From an uncultured Bacillota bacterium (lineage in GTDB: Bacteria; Bacillota; DTU025; MWDF01): a DNA stretch of 64,000 nt. The notes below the pieces were generated by a model that saw nothing but the letters and a program-made list of their open reading frames with translations, was not told the origin of the DNA and did not search any database. The stretch covers positions 128,001 to 192,000 of the forward strand of contig CAWGMK010000010.1 of NCBI GenBank assembly GCA_963823655.1, in the 5' to 3' direction. The position numbers were made by a program, and so were the translations under genes. Each line of letters starts with the position of its first letter. The first letter of the stretch is position 1. Shown here in pieces: positions 20,682-31,138 of this stretch.

Positions 20682-21683
20682 ATGAGAAGAAGAGTTCTGC
20701 TTATCCTGCTTGCAGCGTTGCTCGCTGCATCATTTACGACTTTTGCAGCGCCTCCCACCTACCACGATGTAAGGCCGGGCTACGGCGTAAGCGGGATAGG
20801 ATGGCTTTCGGATTACAACCCGACGCTTTTGGGCACCAACGGCGACACGATGGTGTTCTGCCTTGACAGCGGAAAGCCCGGTATGGACGTGTTTGTGCTT
20901 GGCGGCACGCACGCCAATGAGATAGCCGGAATACTAACAGCCACGCTTCTTGTGGAAAGGGCTGAGGTAAAGGCCGGTCGCCTTTTCGTTATTCCTCATG
21001 CGAACAACAGCGCATCAATGACGGCCGACACAAGAGGGGGCGGCAAGCTCACCAAAGTAGAGATACAAGCCCTGTCCGGCACAAGGGTTTTCGCATACGG
21101 GGACAGGTACACGAGGGTGGAAGACCAACCAGATTTCGCAAAAGAACCCCTTGGGGCCGAATCCCGCAACTTGAACAGGGTGTATCCAGGCAAACCGGAT
21201 GGGACGCTTACTGAGAAGATAGCATACGGCATTATGCAGCTCATCGCCAAGGAGAGCATAGATGTGGCCATAGATCTGCATGAGGCCAATCCGACCAGCA
21301 CGCTGGGTTGGACTATCATCTCCCCCAACGAGACTCTGGATGTGGCAGTGCTTACCGCTTTCGAGCTGGAGGACAAGGGGATAAGGATGAGCCCCGACAG
21401 GAGCGGTCCCGGTTTCGCAGGCTACAGCCACTGGGAGTGGAGCAGGCTGGGGGCGGCGGCATTCCTGCTGGAGACCGTGAATCCTGGGATGGAGACCGGC
21501 AAGATGGCAGATCCTGTCGTAAGCGAGACATATCCAATCGCCAAAAGGGTTGGAATTGACCTTGAGACAATACTGATGCTGATAAAATACCGGGCGGAGC
21601 TTACGGGCGGGTCTTTTGTAGTAGAAGGCGTGCCCAGCTATGCCGATCTGATGAAGAACGGGCTGGCCAGTTATCTGAGATAA
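20682..21683 (+). CDS. secreted succinylglutamate desuccinylase/aspartoacylase (M14-like) family protein
   Basis: Signal peptide; GGTHANE, RNLNRVYPG and IDLHE motifs. Confidence 0.88.
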   Translation: MRRRVLLILLAALLAASFTTFAAPPTYHDVRPGYGVSGIGWLSDYNPTLLGTNGDTMVFCLDSGKPGMDVFVLGGTHANEIAGILTATLLVERAEVKAGRLFVIPHANNSASMTADTRGGGKLTKVEIQALSGTRVFAYGDRYTRVEDQPDFAKEPLGAESRNLNRVYPGKPDGTLTEKIAYGIMQLIAKESIDVAIDLHEANPTSTLGWTIISPNETLDVAVLTAFELEDKGIRMSPDRSGPGFAGYSHWEWSRLGAAAFLLETVNPGMETGKMADPVVSETYPIAKRVGIDLETILMLIKYRAELTGGSFVVEGVPSYADLMKNGLASYLR

Positions 21684-21700
21684 GGCCTTAAGATAGAACG

Positions 21701-21740
21701 AAGCCGCGCTCTCCTCTTTTTGTGAGGTGAGCGCGGCTTT
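21701..21740. terminator. bidirectional terminator
   Basis: AAGCCGCGCTC...GAGCGCGGCTT inverted repeat between convergent genes. Confidence 0.75.
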
Positions 21741-21755
21741 AGATTTCTCCAAGGG

Positions 21756-22922
21756 CTAGTAGATCTTGTCTATCCTCTGGATTATGGCGTCTGCGAACCT
21801 AATGGCGCGGTCCATGATCTCCTTGTCCATCTTATCGAAAGTGTCTGAAGGCATATGCCAATGGGGGGCGAAGCCGTCCCTTTCAAGGCCGATCAGAGTT
21901 ATCGCCGGAATGCCGTTTATTATCGAATTGCTCGCCTCGGTGCACCCACCGGTGAGGACCGAAGGATAGGCGTTGAATTCCGGGCCGCCGGCTACTGATT
22001 TAACAATTTCAAGAAGCTTCCTGTCGGGCCTGAGCGGCAGAAGCAGCCCCTCCTTCACAATATAGGACGGGCCAGCGCAGCCTAGCATCTCGAAGTTAAG
22101 AGTCATAGGGTTTATGAACTCCGCCTTGTGCGTCTTGAAGAAGTGCACAGCCCCTTCGTGCAGGGATTCTTCGCTTCCTGAACAGACCAGCCAGAGGCGG
22201 GTATTGTCCAGAGGATGCGCTTTGAACCATTCGGCGAATGTCAGCACAAGGCCGGCGCCCGTGGCATTGTCGTTGGCTCCGGCTGTGTACGGCGAAAGGT
22301 CCGCCTCCAGGGTTATTGCGATGAGTGACAGCGCTGCCAACAGGGATATGAAGCAAATCCTCCATACGATAAGCCCCGTGGACGGCCAGATGAGGGAGAG
22401 GCCGAACAGCACGGTCTGGACTACCAGCAGCCCCATCGCCACATTTGACCAGACGGCATAGATCTTCCTCCACTGCTTGGACGAGAAAATCAGCGGCGTG
22501 CGCTGCGTATCGATGTGGCCCATGAGAATCAGCTCGCGCTTAACAGTCCCCTTGGGATCCTGTTTCGCGTATACATTACGGCTTAAGTTCCTTGAGCCGA
22601 AGGCGCGCATGAGATTGGACCGCAGAAGCAGCTCCTGGAATTCCGACACAAGGGCAAACGCCGAGATTATGAACGCGACGAAAGGCATCCTCAGATATAT
22701 GAGGTAGGCAATGGCGAAGAGTATTGCCACTACCATATGAGGCCTGAATACCGAAGACTGGCTTACGAACTGCTCGACGACGGGCTCGTGGCCCATCTGC
22801 CTGAACTGCCCTTCGCAGTACTTGGCGCCCTTTTCCTCTTCCTTGCTGCCCGAGCCCCTGGCCCCTATCTTCGAAGATAGCCCTTCGACATGGGCAAGCC
22901 AGGTCTGAACCCTAAGATCCAT
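21756..22922 (-). CDS. membrane M28 family aminopeptidase
   Basis: GHIDT, GANDNATG, GSEE, NFE and HWHMPSD motifs with inserted TM helices. Confidence 0.9.
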   Translation of the reverse strand: MDLRVQTWLAHVEGLSSKIGARGSGSKEEEKGAKYCEGQFRQMGHEPVVEQFVSQSSVFRPHMVVAILFAIAYLIYLRMPFVAFIISAFALVSEFQELLLRSNLMRAFGSRNLSRNVYAKQDPKGTVKRELILMGHIDTQRTPLIFSSKQWRKIYAVWSNVAMGLLVVQTVLFGLSLIWPSTGLIVWRICFISLLAALSLIAITLEADLSPYTAGANDNATGAGLVLTFAEWFKAHPLDNTRLWLVCSGSEESLHEGAVHFFKTHKAEFINPMTLNFEMLGCAGPSYIVKEGLLLPLRPDRKLLEIVKSVAGGPEFNAYPSVLTGGCTEASNSIINGIPAITLIGLERDGFAPHWHMPSDTFDKMDKEIMDRAIRFADAIIQRIDKIY

Positions 22923-22994
22923 ATTTTCTCCCCCTTTAGGTCCGATTCAATTGCAATTACATTATCACACAATGTATGATTCCGAGTAAGAAAA

Positions 22995-23097
22995 CCGCGC
23001 TCCGAGCCGGAGGGCCTAAAGCGAGAATGGCCAAGGATCTCCGGCCGATAGGGCCAGGGCGGAAACACCCTGACCTCCCTTTTGGAAAGGATTGCGG
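22995..23097 (+). ncRNA. Moco/tungsten-cofactor riboswitch (MOCO_RNA_motif-like)
   Basis: CTCCGAG...GGCCTAAA...GGAAAC...CCTCCC..TGGAAAGGA signature; closing stem CCGCGCTCC/GGATTGCGG; upstream of molybdopterin-binding-domain genes. Confidence 0.82.
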
Positions 23098-23162
23098 GGG
23101 GCTTGCATTTATTTGCCGTGCCTTCCGATTGGGGGCACGGCATTTGTTTTGGAGGTGCCAGG

Positions 23163-24131
23163 ATGAAACCGGCGATTAGAATCAGGGCTATTGTGCTGGT
23201 CTGCCTTTCTTTAGCGCTTATGGCATTAGCCTTATCGGCCCAGGCCGCAGAGAAGGTGCAGATTAAGCTTACCGACAGGTTGGGCACATCCCAGATCGTA
23301 AATGTTTCGGCCCTGCCGCAGCTGACATACAAGGCGGCATACAAGCGTTCATCAGGGACGATAGTCGGCCCGTTCACTTACACAGGACCCTCCATGATGT
23401 CCATACTGGCACTTATGGGCGGCGTCCATAAAGGCGATGCCGTGCAGCTCATTTCCGACGATGGCTACAGGATGAGCCTTACTTTCGAGCAGTTGTCGGG
23501 GGAAGTCACTGTATACGACGAGAAGGGTGAAGCCCTTGACGAATTCAAGCGCCCGGTGATGATGCTTGCCCTTTCATCAGATAATCCCGCATTTGCTGCC
23601 GGCAACCCCAGAGCCATATACGCTGGTCCTGAGACGCCGCTGACCGATGGACACACGTGGGTCAAGAGCATAGTAGAAATCAAGGTCATCCCGCTGGTCA
23701 AAGAGTGGGTGCTGGAGCTGAAAGGCGCAGTACAGGCCAGGATGGACAGGTCCACATTCGAAAGCCTTGCCACTTGCCCCGTTTCCCCGCACCCGGGATC
23801 GGAGTTCGGAACAGAAGCATCCGCATATGCGGGCACACCGCTTTGGACTCTTGTGTCCGTGGTGGACAATGTCGAGGCCGAGAACGCGCATTACACATTC
23901 GACAGAAAGCTCGCCAAAGAGGGCTATATCGTCAGGGTCATATCGAAAGACGGCACCTACCTGGACATCCGCTCCCAGGATATGGCGGATGAGCCCGGTA
24001 TATTCATGGCTTTCACCAAAGGTGGAGCCCTGCTCTCTGAAGAAGAGGGGCCCCTTATGCTAACAGGGCCCAAGGTCGGCAAACCCCTCAAGAACATAGT
24101 GGCGATAGAGCTTATAGGCTTGAATAAATAG
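23163..24131 (+). CDS. secreted protein with two molybdopterin-binding-like domains
   Basis: Signal peptide (AQA); repeated YTG/YAG...SDDGY/SKDGT...WVKSIVEI/LKNIVAIEL units; GGAGG RBS. Confidence 0.7.
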   Translation: MKPAIRIRAIVLVCLSLALMALALSAQAAEKVQIKLTDRLGTSQIVNVSALPQLTYKAAYKRSSGTIVGPFTYTGPSMMSILALMGGVHKGDAVQLISDDGYRMSLTFEQLSGEVTVYDEKGEALDEFKRPVMMLALSSDNPAFAAGNPRAIYAGPETPLTDGHTWVKSIVEIKVIPLVKEWVLELKGAVQARMDRSTFESLATCPVSPHPGSEFGTEASAYAGTPLWTLVSVVDNVEAENAHYTFDRKLAKEGYIVRVISKDGTYLDIRSQDMADEPGIFMAFTKGGALLSEEEGPLMLTGPKVGKPLKNIVAIELIGLNK

Positions 24132-24142
24132 GAGGCATTGAC

Positions 24143-24661
24143 ATGAAAAGAAAGTTCCTGGTATCAGTCATTATCCTTACGGTTATGTCCGTATCCCTGG
24201 CCGTTATGGCGGCGGGTCCGGCAGTTAAGCTCGTAAAAGGCGACGCGGCTCCGGTAGTAGCGGAGCTCGAGAAGCTCGAAAAGGTTGAGGGTCTGGCCCT
24301 GTACAAGAACTCCAAGGGGGTAATCTCCGGTCCCTTCAAAATCAAGGGAGTGAAGCTGTCAGAGGCGCTCAAGCTTGTGGGCGGAATGACGGCTGACGAG
24401 AAGCTGGTCATCACGTCCTCCGACGGCTATTTGACCGAGCTCACCTTCGCCCAGGCCAATGGCGAATTGGCGGTCACCAAGGCAGATGGATCGCCCGTCG
24501 AAGAGAAGCTCTCTGTAGTGCCCGTGCTGATCACCTGGTCGGAGCCCGCCATGGAGAAGGACCTGCCAAGGCTCGCCTTCATAACACAGGCAGGTCACAT
24601 CACCGAGAGCAAGTACTGGGCGCGCAATGTAGTAGAGATAAAAGTGGTTCCGGCGAAATAG
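24143..24661 (+). CDS. secreted single-domain paralog of the preceding gene
   Basis: Signal peptide; GPFKIKGVKL...GGM...SSDGY..ELTFAQ...WARNVVEIKVVP parallels domain 1 of 23163..24131. Confidence 0.7.
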   Translation: MKRKFLVSVIILTVMSVSLAVMAAGPAVKLVKGDAAPVVAELEKLEKVEGLALYKNSKGVISGPFKIKGVKLSEALKLVGGMTADEKLVITSSDGYLTELTFAQANGELAVTKADGSPVEEKLSVVPVLITWSEPAMEKDLPRLAFITQAGHITESKYWARNVVEIKVVPAK

Positions 24662-24684
24662 GGAAGATTTAGCTGCCAGTTTTG

Positions 24685-24718
24685 GGGCGCCTTTCGGTCG
24701 TACGAAGGGCGCCCTTTT
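24685..24718 (+). terminator. intrinsic terminator
   Basis: GGGCGCCTTTCG...CGAAGGGCGCCC followed by TTTT. Confidence 0.8.
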
Positions 24719-24825
24719 CAACATAAGCGCATTGAAAAAGGTTATAATTTATCTGTTAAGATGCTGTAATAAACCGCCTGGCCCCTCGTAAAGGAGCGCA
24801 CAGGCGCATTTACGGAGGTGCACTG

Positions 24826-26589
24826 ATGGCAGATTCCCTCCGAATTTCGATAATTCAGATGGGGGCATATGACATACTAAGTCCGCACCATGCGGACAAT
24901 GAGATGTTCTACATGCTTGAGATGGAGAAGGACTTCAAACCGGACATCATCCTTCTTCCCGAGTGCGCCTGGCCGGGCTATTTCCTCTCCGGCTGGGACT
25001 ACTCCATGCAGGAGAAATCGGATGATATTAGAGCCAGGCTCGCCCAGACGGCAAGGAGGCTCGACTGCTTCATAGTTGCCGGACTGCCGGAGCCGGATAA
25101 GAGCGGGCCCACAGCCCAGATGCTCCCCTTCAACGAGGGCTGGATGCAGCCAGAGCCATCGCCCCTGTTCAATTCCGCGATCGCGTGGAACAAGCAGGGC
25201 AAGGTGGTCGCTTCGGGCCATAAGATCAATTTGTGGCACTTCGATTCACGTTGGTTCATGAAGGGTGAATCGCCGGCCTCCTTCCGCACGAAATGGGGAA
25301 AAGTAGGCCTTATAGTCTGCGCGGACGCGAGGGTCCCCGGCATAGTGGAGACGCTTACAGAGGACGGCTGCCGCCTGGTATTGAACTGCACCAACTGGGT
25401 AACGTCCGGACCAGACAGGTCGAGGCTCACAAACCCCCAGGCGGACTACCTGATAAGAGTCAGGGCGGTCGAGAACAACGTATGGATCGCTTCGTCCAAC
25501 AAGGTGGGCCTGGAAGACGGCCTCATAGCCTTCTGCGGGGGCTCGCAGCTCGTATCCCCTGAAGGGGTTACGGTAAGCAGGGCTTCGTCCGACAGGATAG
25601 AGACCATAAGGGCGGAGATACCTCTCGATGAGCAGGGCAGGATAGCTCTGCCGGAGCCCAAGATCGAAAGGATCAGCAACGCGGCATACTACGACGCAGC
25701 CGTTACAGGCCTTTCCGTACAGCCTGCCGCTGAGCCGACGGCCGAAACTCCCCTGGCGTCCGGAGATAGTGAAGACGGAGCGGCCAGCGGCGATAAAGGC
25801 CTGAAGATTCAAGGTTATTGCCCGAGGCCCTCATATCCCTACATGGCGGTGGTCCAGCAGTCTCCGGAATCGGCAGGGCAGCCCGGCACAGGGCTGATTG
25901 CCAAGGCAGCGGTGAAAAGGCTGGCTGCTAAGATAGATGCGCTCGATGCGGACATTGTGGTGTTCTCCGGGACTTTCGCGGCCCTTCCGGGCCCGGATCC
26001 CCAGGCCGGGGCGCTATTAAATGAGCCCGGCATAAGGAAACGCCTGCTGGTAATACCGTACGGAAGGTGCGCCAAGTGCGGAAACCCTATTGGAGGGGCG
26101 GACGTCTGCTTTGATGGCAAGTCCCTTCAGCAATACGGCGCTTTGAGCGTCAGGGAGGCCACCAGAGGCTGCCCCAGGTGCGGCAACGGGGATTCCGTGG
26201 CGCTGGCACCTGTAGTGCAGACTCCTTTCGGCCCGCTGGGGCTCGTCCTCGGCAGGGAGGGGCACGAGCACAGGTTGATAGCGAACCTCGCCGGCATGGG
26301 AGTGGGCATGTTCGCATGGATAACATCGGGCCTGGTACATGAGCATGAGATTGTGGCTCGGGCAAGGGCGATGGAAAGCAGGGTCTGGGTGGCCACTGCC
26401 AACCCGGCGCGCATAGTAGGGAAAGCGGACGGCCCGGAGGCACATTCTGGGCTCAGCCTCATTGCAGAGCCCGATGGAAGGGTAGCTTCATGCGCATTCC
26501 CGGACGAAGAGCAGATCATATGCTCCTACTGCGATTTGTGCCTGACTGAAAGGGCCGAGGCCGTTCCAGGCACGCTTGCAACAAGATAG
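24826..26589 (+). CDS. carbon-nitrogen hydrolase (nitrilase superfamily), two domains
   Basis: LPEC, HKINLW and IVCAD give the E-K-C triad; RVRAVEN; degenerate second domain with RARAMESR. Confidence 0.88.
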   Translation: MADSLRISIIQMGAYDILSPHHADNEMFYMLEMEKDFKPDIILLPECAWPGYFLSGWDYSMQEKSDDIRARLAQTARRLDCFIVAGLPEPDKSGPTAQMLPFNEGWMQPEPSPLFNSAIAWNKQGKVVASGHKINLWHFDSRWFMKGESPASFRTKWGKVGLIVCADARVPGIVETLTEDGCRLVLNCTNWVTSGPDRSRLTNPQADYLIRVRAVENNVWIASSNKVGLEDGLIAFCGGSQLVSPEGVTVSRASSDRIETIRAEIPLDEQGRIALPEPKIERISNAAYYDAAVTGLSVQPAAEPTAETPLASGDSEDGAASGDKGLKIQGYCPRPSYPYMAVVQQSPESAGQPGTGLIAKAAVKRLAAKIDALDADIVVFSGTFAALPGPDPQAGALLNEPGIRKRLLVIPYGRCAKCGNPIGGADVCFDGKSLQQYGALSVREATRGCPRCGNGDSVALAPVVQTPFGPLGLVLGREGHEHRLIANLAGMGVGMFAWITSGLVHEHEIVARARAMESRVWVATANPARIVGKADGPEAHSGLSLIAEPDGRVASCAFPDEEQIICSYCDLCLTERAEAVPGTLATR

Positions 26590-26612
26590 TCCCGAAAAAC
26601 GGAGGTCCGGCG

Positions 26613-27539
26613 ATGAGAAGGTCTTCGATAATTGCACTTATTGTCCTTTTGGCGATGATGGCAGTTCAGTCCACAGGATGCACAGCGGGGTATAAGCCGA
26701 AGGTTGTAGTGCTGAACGGCGTCACGGGCCTGGGGCTGGCGAAGCTGTTGGGGAGCCCGGATTACGAGGTCGAGGTTGGCAAATCGGCGGACGTGGCGGT
26801 TGCAAGGCTCACTTCCAAGACCGCTGACGCTGCGGCCCTTCCCGTATCAACTGCCGCGCTGCTTCGAAGCAAAGGCACTGCCATAAGATTGGCCGCTATC
26901 ACCAACTATGGCTCCCTATACATCCTTACTTCCGGCAAAAACGTGGATATACCCTCCATAGCGGCATCCTTCCTCGGGGTTCCCGGCAGGGGCACGATGC
27001 CCGACGTAACGATGAGCATGCTGCTTTCGGAGTACAAAGTACAAGGCACCGGAGTGCAGTACTATTCCTCGCCAGCCGAGCTTGCCAACCTTCTTGCAGC
27101 CGGCAGGGTGGAGGCGGCGCTTCTTCCCGAGCCGTGGGTCAGCCAGGTACTTTCGGCAAACAGCTCGCTTAAAATTGCCGTAGATATGCAGAAGGCTTTC
27201 AAGGACGCCTATGGCTTCGACTATCCGCTAAGCTGCGTCGTTGTGAGCGAAAGCTTCGCAACCGACAGGCCGGCAGAGCTCAAGAAACTGCTTGAGGACA
27301 TCAAGGCGAGCGTCGCTTGGGTCGTGTCGAACCCGGCGAAGGCCGCACTGGTCGCCGAGGAGAGGCTCTCGATGGAGAAAGGCGCGACCGAAGCTGCGAT
27401 CCCGCGCTGCAATTTCGAATACCTGGATGGTCTTAAAGCCAGGGAAGCCGCCCTTGCCTTCTACAGTAAGGTGCTTTCCGTATCGCCTGCCATGATCGGA
27501 GGGAAGCTCCCCGATGAGGCGTTCTACATCTCGAAATAG
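26613..27539 (+). CDS. ABC transporter substrate-binding lipoprotein (NitT/TauT/NMT1-like)
   Basis: Lipobox STGC; AALLPEPW motif; C-terminal GGKLPDEAFY. Confidence 0.88.
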   Translation: MRRSSIIALIVLLAMMAVQSTGCTAGYKPKVVVLNGVTGLGLAKLLGSPDYEVEVGKSADVAVARLTSKTADAAALPVSTAALLRSKGTAIRLAAITNYGSLYILTSGKNVDIPSIAASFLGVPGRGTMPDVTMSMLLSEYKVQGTGVQYYSSPAELANLLAAGRVEAALLPEPWVSQVLSANSSLKIAVDMQKAFKDAYGFDYPLSCVVVSESFATDRPAELKKLLEDIKASVAWVVSNPAKAALVAEERLSMEKGATEAAIPRCNFEYLDGLKAREAALAFYSKVLSVSPAMIGGKLPDEAFYISK

Positions 27540-28287
27540 CTTTTATACGGCGGCGGGGCTAGCCCTGTTGATTGCCATATGGTGGGCAGGATCGCTTATC
27601 ATCGGCAGCGTCATCCTGCTGCCCACGCCTGCTGAGGCATGGCTTGCTCTGCTGAGGATTTCTGCAAAGCCGGGCTTCCTTTCGGATCTGGGGGCAACGG
27701 GCCTTCGCGTCCTGATCGCATTCGCCCTATCATTCGCCCTGGGGCTGCTTGCAGGCGTTGCGTCCGGCATGTCCGGTGCGGCAAAAGGGATGCTTTCGCC
27801 GTTATTGGCTGCCCTTCGGACGATCCCCTTCATATCACTCTCTGTGCTTTCGATAATCTGGTTCCCGTCAGGCACCGTGCCCATCTTCGTGGCGTTTTTA
27901 ATGGCATTTCCGATCGTCGCATCTGATGTATCGGAGGGGCTGGGCTCAGTCGATGCGGGGCTTATCGAGATGTCCCGAGTTTTCAAGGTGAGCCGCACAA
28001 AGATGCTAAGGAGACTTTACCTTCCGTCCATAGCCCCGTATCTTGTGTCCGCAAGCGCGCAGTCGCTGGGCATGTCATGGAAGATCGTAGTCTCCGCCGA
28101 AGTGCTCTCAATACCTGCAAAAGGAATCGGAGCGCGGATGGACGCGGCGCGAGCCTTCCTTGAGACTCCAGAGCTTTTCGCCTGGACTTTGCTGCTCGTA
28201 ATCCTGGGCTTTCTGGCCGACCTCGCCCTGGGGGCAATGATGGCAAGGGCTTTCAGGAGGAAGGAGGGAAAGCTTTGGCAGGAGTGA
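27514..28287 (+). CDS. ABC transporter permease (NitT/TauT family)
   Basis: LPTP, LIEMSRVF, YLPSIAPY and WKIVVSAE motifs. Confidence 0.9.
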   Translation: MRRSTSRNSFYTAAGLALLIAIWWAGSLIIGSVILLPTPAEAWLALLRISAKPGFLSDLGATGLRVLIAFALSFALGLLAGVASGMSGAAKGMLSPLLAALRTIPFISLSVLSIIWFPSGTVPIFVAFLMAFPIVASDVSEGLGSVDAGLIEMSRVFKVSRTKMLRRLYLPSIAPYLVSASAQSLGMSWKIVVSAEVLSIPAKGIGARMDAARAFLETPELFAWTLLLVILGFLADLALGAMMARAFRRKEGKLWQE

Positions 28288-29006
28288 TCATAAAGGGCCT
28301 ACGGAAGGCCTTTGACGGGGTGGACGTCTTCTCGGGCGTGGGGCTTGAGCTTACAGAGGGGAAAATAACAGCGATACTCGGGCCTTCCGGAAGGGGCAAG
28401 ACCACGCTGCTGAGGATAATCTGCGGCCTTGATAAGCAGACGGACGGGCAAGTGCAGATGCCTGAAGGCGCCACATGTTCCGTTGCCTTCCAGGAGCCGA
28501 GGCTAATCCCTTGGCTTACGATCGGAGAGAACATGTCCTACTGCCTTGGGGATGCAGGCATGGCCGCGGCAAGCTCCTGGCTTGCAGAGCTGGGGCTTGG
28601 GGATTTCGCCGACAGATTCCCGTGCAGCATGTCCGGCGGTGAAAGGCAGAGGGCGAACCTCGCAAGGGCGCTTGCGGCAAAATCATCACTGCTGCTTCTC
28701 GATGAACCTTTTAACTCAATCGGGCTTGGCATGAAAGCAGAGCTGCTGCCAAGGCTGAGGGCGAAGTTCGCAAACGAGGGCAGGACGGTCGCAATGGTCA
28801 CTCACAGCCCGGTAGATGTGGCGCTGATGGCCGACAGGTTCTATCTAATGGACGGGGACGGAATGGGCGCGCAGGGCCCGTTCGGGCTTAATATCGAAGG
28901 TGTGGAAAGAGACCTCGCAGATGAGGCCATGGGACAAGAGGTCCACAGGTTGATGCTGCTTATGGCGTCTTTGGGGACGGGGGTGCAAAAGGCGGATGGG
29001 CGATAA
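28275..29006 (+). CDS. ABC transporter ATP-binding protein
   Basis: GPSGRGKTT, FQEPRLIPW, MSGGERQR and LLDEPF motifs. Confidence 0.92.
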   Translation: MAGVIIKGLRKAFDGVDVFSGVGLELTEGKITAILGPSGRGKTTLLRIICGLDKQTDGQVQMPEGATCSVAFQEPRLIPWLTIGENMSYCLGDAGMAAASSWLAELGLGDFADRFPCSMSGGERQRANLARALAAKSSLLLLDEPFNSIGLGMKAELLPRLRAKFANEGRTVAMVTHSPVDVALMADRFYLMDGDGMGAQGPFGLNIEGVERDLADEAMGQEVHRLMLLMASLGTGVQKADGR

Positions 29007-29716
29007 TCCGGAGAGGTTCGCAAGGGAAGAGCTCCTGGTAGGAAAAGAGGGCATCGAGAAGCTGGCCTCAAGCCACGTCGCGGTCTTCGGCATCGGTGGC
29101 GTTGGTTCGTTCTGCGCTGAGGCCCTGGTAAGAGCAGGTATAGGAGAGATTACATTCGTAGATTCGGATACTGTGCAGGAGAGCAATTCCAACAGGCAGC
29201 TTGTCGCGCTTGTCAGCACTCTGGGCCGCGCGAAAGTCGATGTGATGGCAGAAAGGGCGCTGGACATCAACCCTGAACCTGAAAGTCCATGCGATAAAGG
29301 CGTGGTTCGGGCCCGATAACGCGGAGCAGATGCTCTCATCCGGGTTCGATTACGTGGCGGATGCGATAGACAGCGTGGAATCCAAGCTGGAACTCATCCG
29401 GAAGTGCCATGAAAAGGGGATTATGATAGCCTCCTCGATGGGCGCCGGCAACAAGCTCGACGCGACCGGCTTCAAAATCGCGGACATCTCCTCCACACAT
29501 ACTTGCCCGCTTGCAAAGGCCATAAGGACGAGGCTCAAGCGCGAGGGGATAACAAACGGGATAACAGTCGTATTCTCGGAGACTGAGCCTGTAAGGAGGG
29601 CCCCAGGGCCTCCTGGCAGCATATCTTTCGTGCCGCCGGTCGCAGGCCTGCTTTTGGCCCAGGTCATAATTAGGGGGCTGCTGGAGAGGGAGGCCGTGCC
29701 TGAGGGTTCAATTTAA
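28996..29716 (+). CDS. tcdA: tRNA threonylcarbamoyladenosine dehydratase (ThiF family; frameshifted near 29280-29320)
   Basis: GIGGVGS and ESNSNRQ in the first ORF; DAIDS, SSMGAGNK, TCPLAK and GSISFVP in the second. Confidence 0.88.
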
Positions 29717-29742
29717 AAAGCCCGCCTTCTTTTAAGGCGGGC
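29715..29742. terminator. terminator between convergent genes
   Basis: A-run followed by GCCCGCCTT...AAGGCGGGC. Confidence 0.7.
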
Positions 29743-29762
29743 CTGATAAGAGCTTAACTATC

Positions 29763-30978
29763 TTATTTCAAAGTCCATTCTGACTTCTGGCTCACTCCTG
29801 TTATAGGGTCTATGACCTTGTCTTCCATCCAGTAGACGAGCACGCCGTCGTTCGATCTGTATACCCAAGCCCTCTTGAAGTTCTTGCCGAACTCGAAGAT
29901 GCCAATCCTGTTGGTGCCGTCCTTGGCAAGACCGATGTAGCTTACCTCTAGCACTGTGTTCGTGATGGGGTCCTTGTCCAGGACCTGGCCCTCGCGAAGC
30001 TTGGCATATTGCGCCAATCGGCAGCCAGAACGAGCCGCTCAGCTGGGATAAGCCGATGCTTATCTTTGACTCGTAGGATTCCTTTTCGCTGTATATCCGG
30101 GAAATGTTTGCGGTTATGAGGTTCTGCTCGACCTTCTCGATTTTGAATTGCATCAGCGCGGGGACTGACAGCCCCGGCCCCGACTTGGGGCTCCAGGTCT
30201 GGATATTGCCCTCATAGGCGAGGCTAAGTCCCGCCTTGGCGAACCCCGGCAGCACCGCGCCCGACCAGGGGAGGATCATATAGCGCATGGAATAGAACTC
30301 AACTGCGTTGATTTCGACTTCCGCGCCTGCTTTGGGCCTTGTCACCCTGGCGCTGTAAAGCAGCAGCCCGGTGGACTTCTCTACAATCCATACATAGAAC
30401 GCGTCGGTCTGCTCGGTTGATTCATAGGATATCTTAACCGCCTGATACTCTTGGCTGTATATCTTCCACGTGGTGTTCTCCATCTTGAGCCCAGGCTTCG
30501 CCGGGGCCGGGGCTTTTATAAGGTCAGGGTGGAGCCAGAACGAACCCATGCCGGAAGGCGAGATATCGCTCGTATCTTCCCAGGGCAGGAAGGCCATATC
30601 GAAGAATGCAGTGCTCGAAGAGGCCGTGAGCTTTCCTGATACTCCGGTGATATCGGTCCTGACTAGCATCGGGTTCACCGAGATCTGTTCGGGTTTCTGC
30701 AGCGTAAGCTCCGAAAGCTTTAAGACTGCCGCGGATTCGGACTTGCTCAGCTTGCCTGATGATGTACGATAATAGACCCTAAGCCCCTCTTTAAGCCATG
30801 AGGGGGCGGAGAGGCTATTGATTCCGGGAAACAGGCTCAACAGGATTTCGCTTCCCTGCGCGCTGTCCTTGGCATCTGCAGCCGTTGCCACAGGGGCCGC
30901 CATGGAAGGCAGGAGCGCCGATGAAGCGAATACCGCCGCTACTATAAGCAGGATGAGGATTTTCGCGGGGGTTCTCAT
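29763..30978 (-). CDS. secreted hypothetical protein (frameshift near 30015)
   Basis: Signal peptide; C-terminal part QYAKLREGQVLDKDPIT... continues in another frame. Confidence 0.7.
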
Positions 30979-31138
30979 TACAAATTCCTCCTATAGACCG
31001 AGGTGCAGGATTAAGCACCATTGGTACCGAATGTAACCTTATCAAATATCCATCGTATCTATATTATATTACGTGTCGGAGGGCAAATACCTCTCACTGT
31101 GTGTGATATTTGCCCAAGGCGGGCGGAGGACGGCTATA

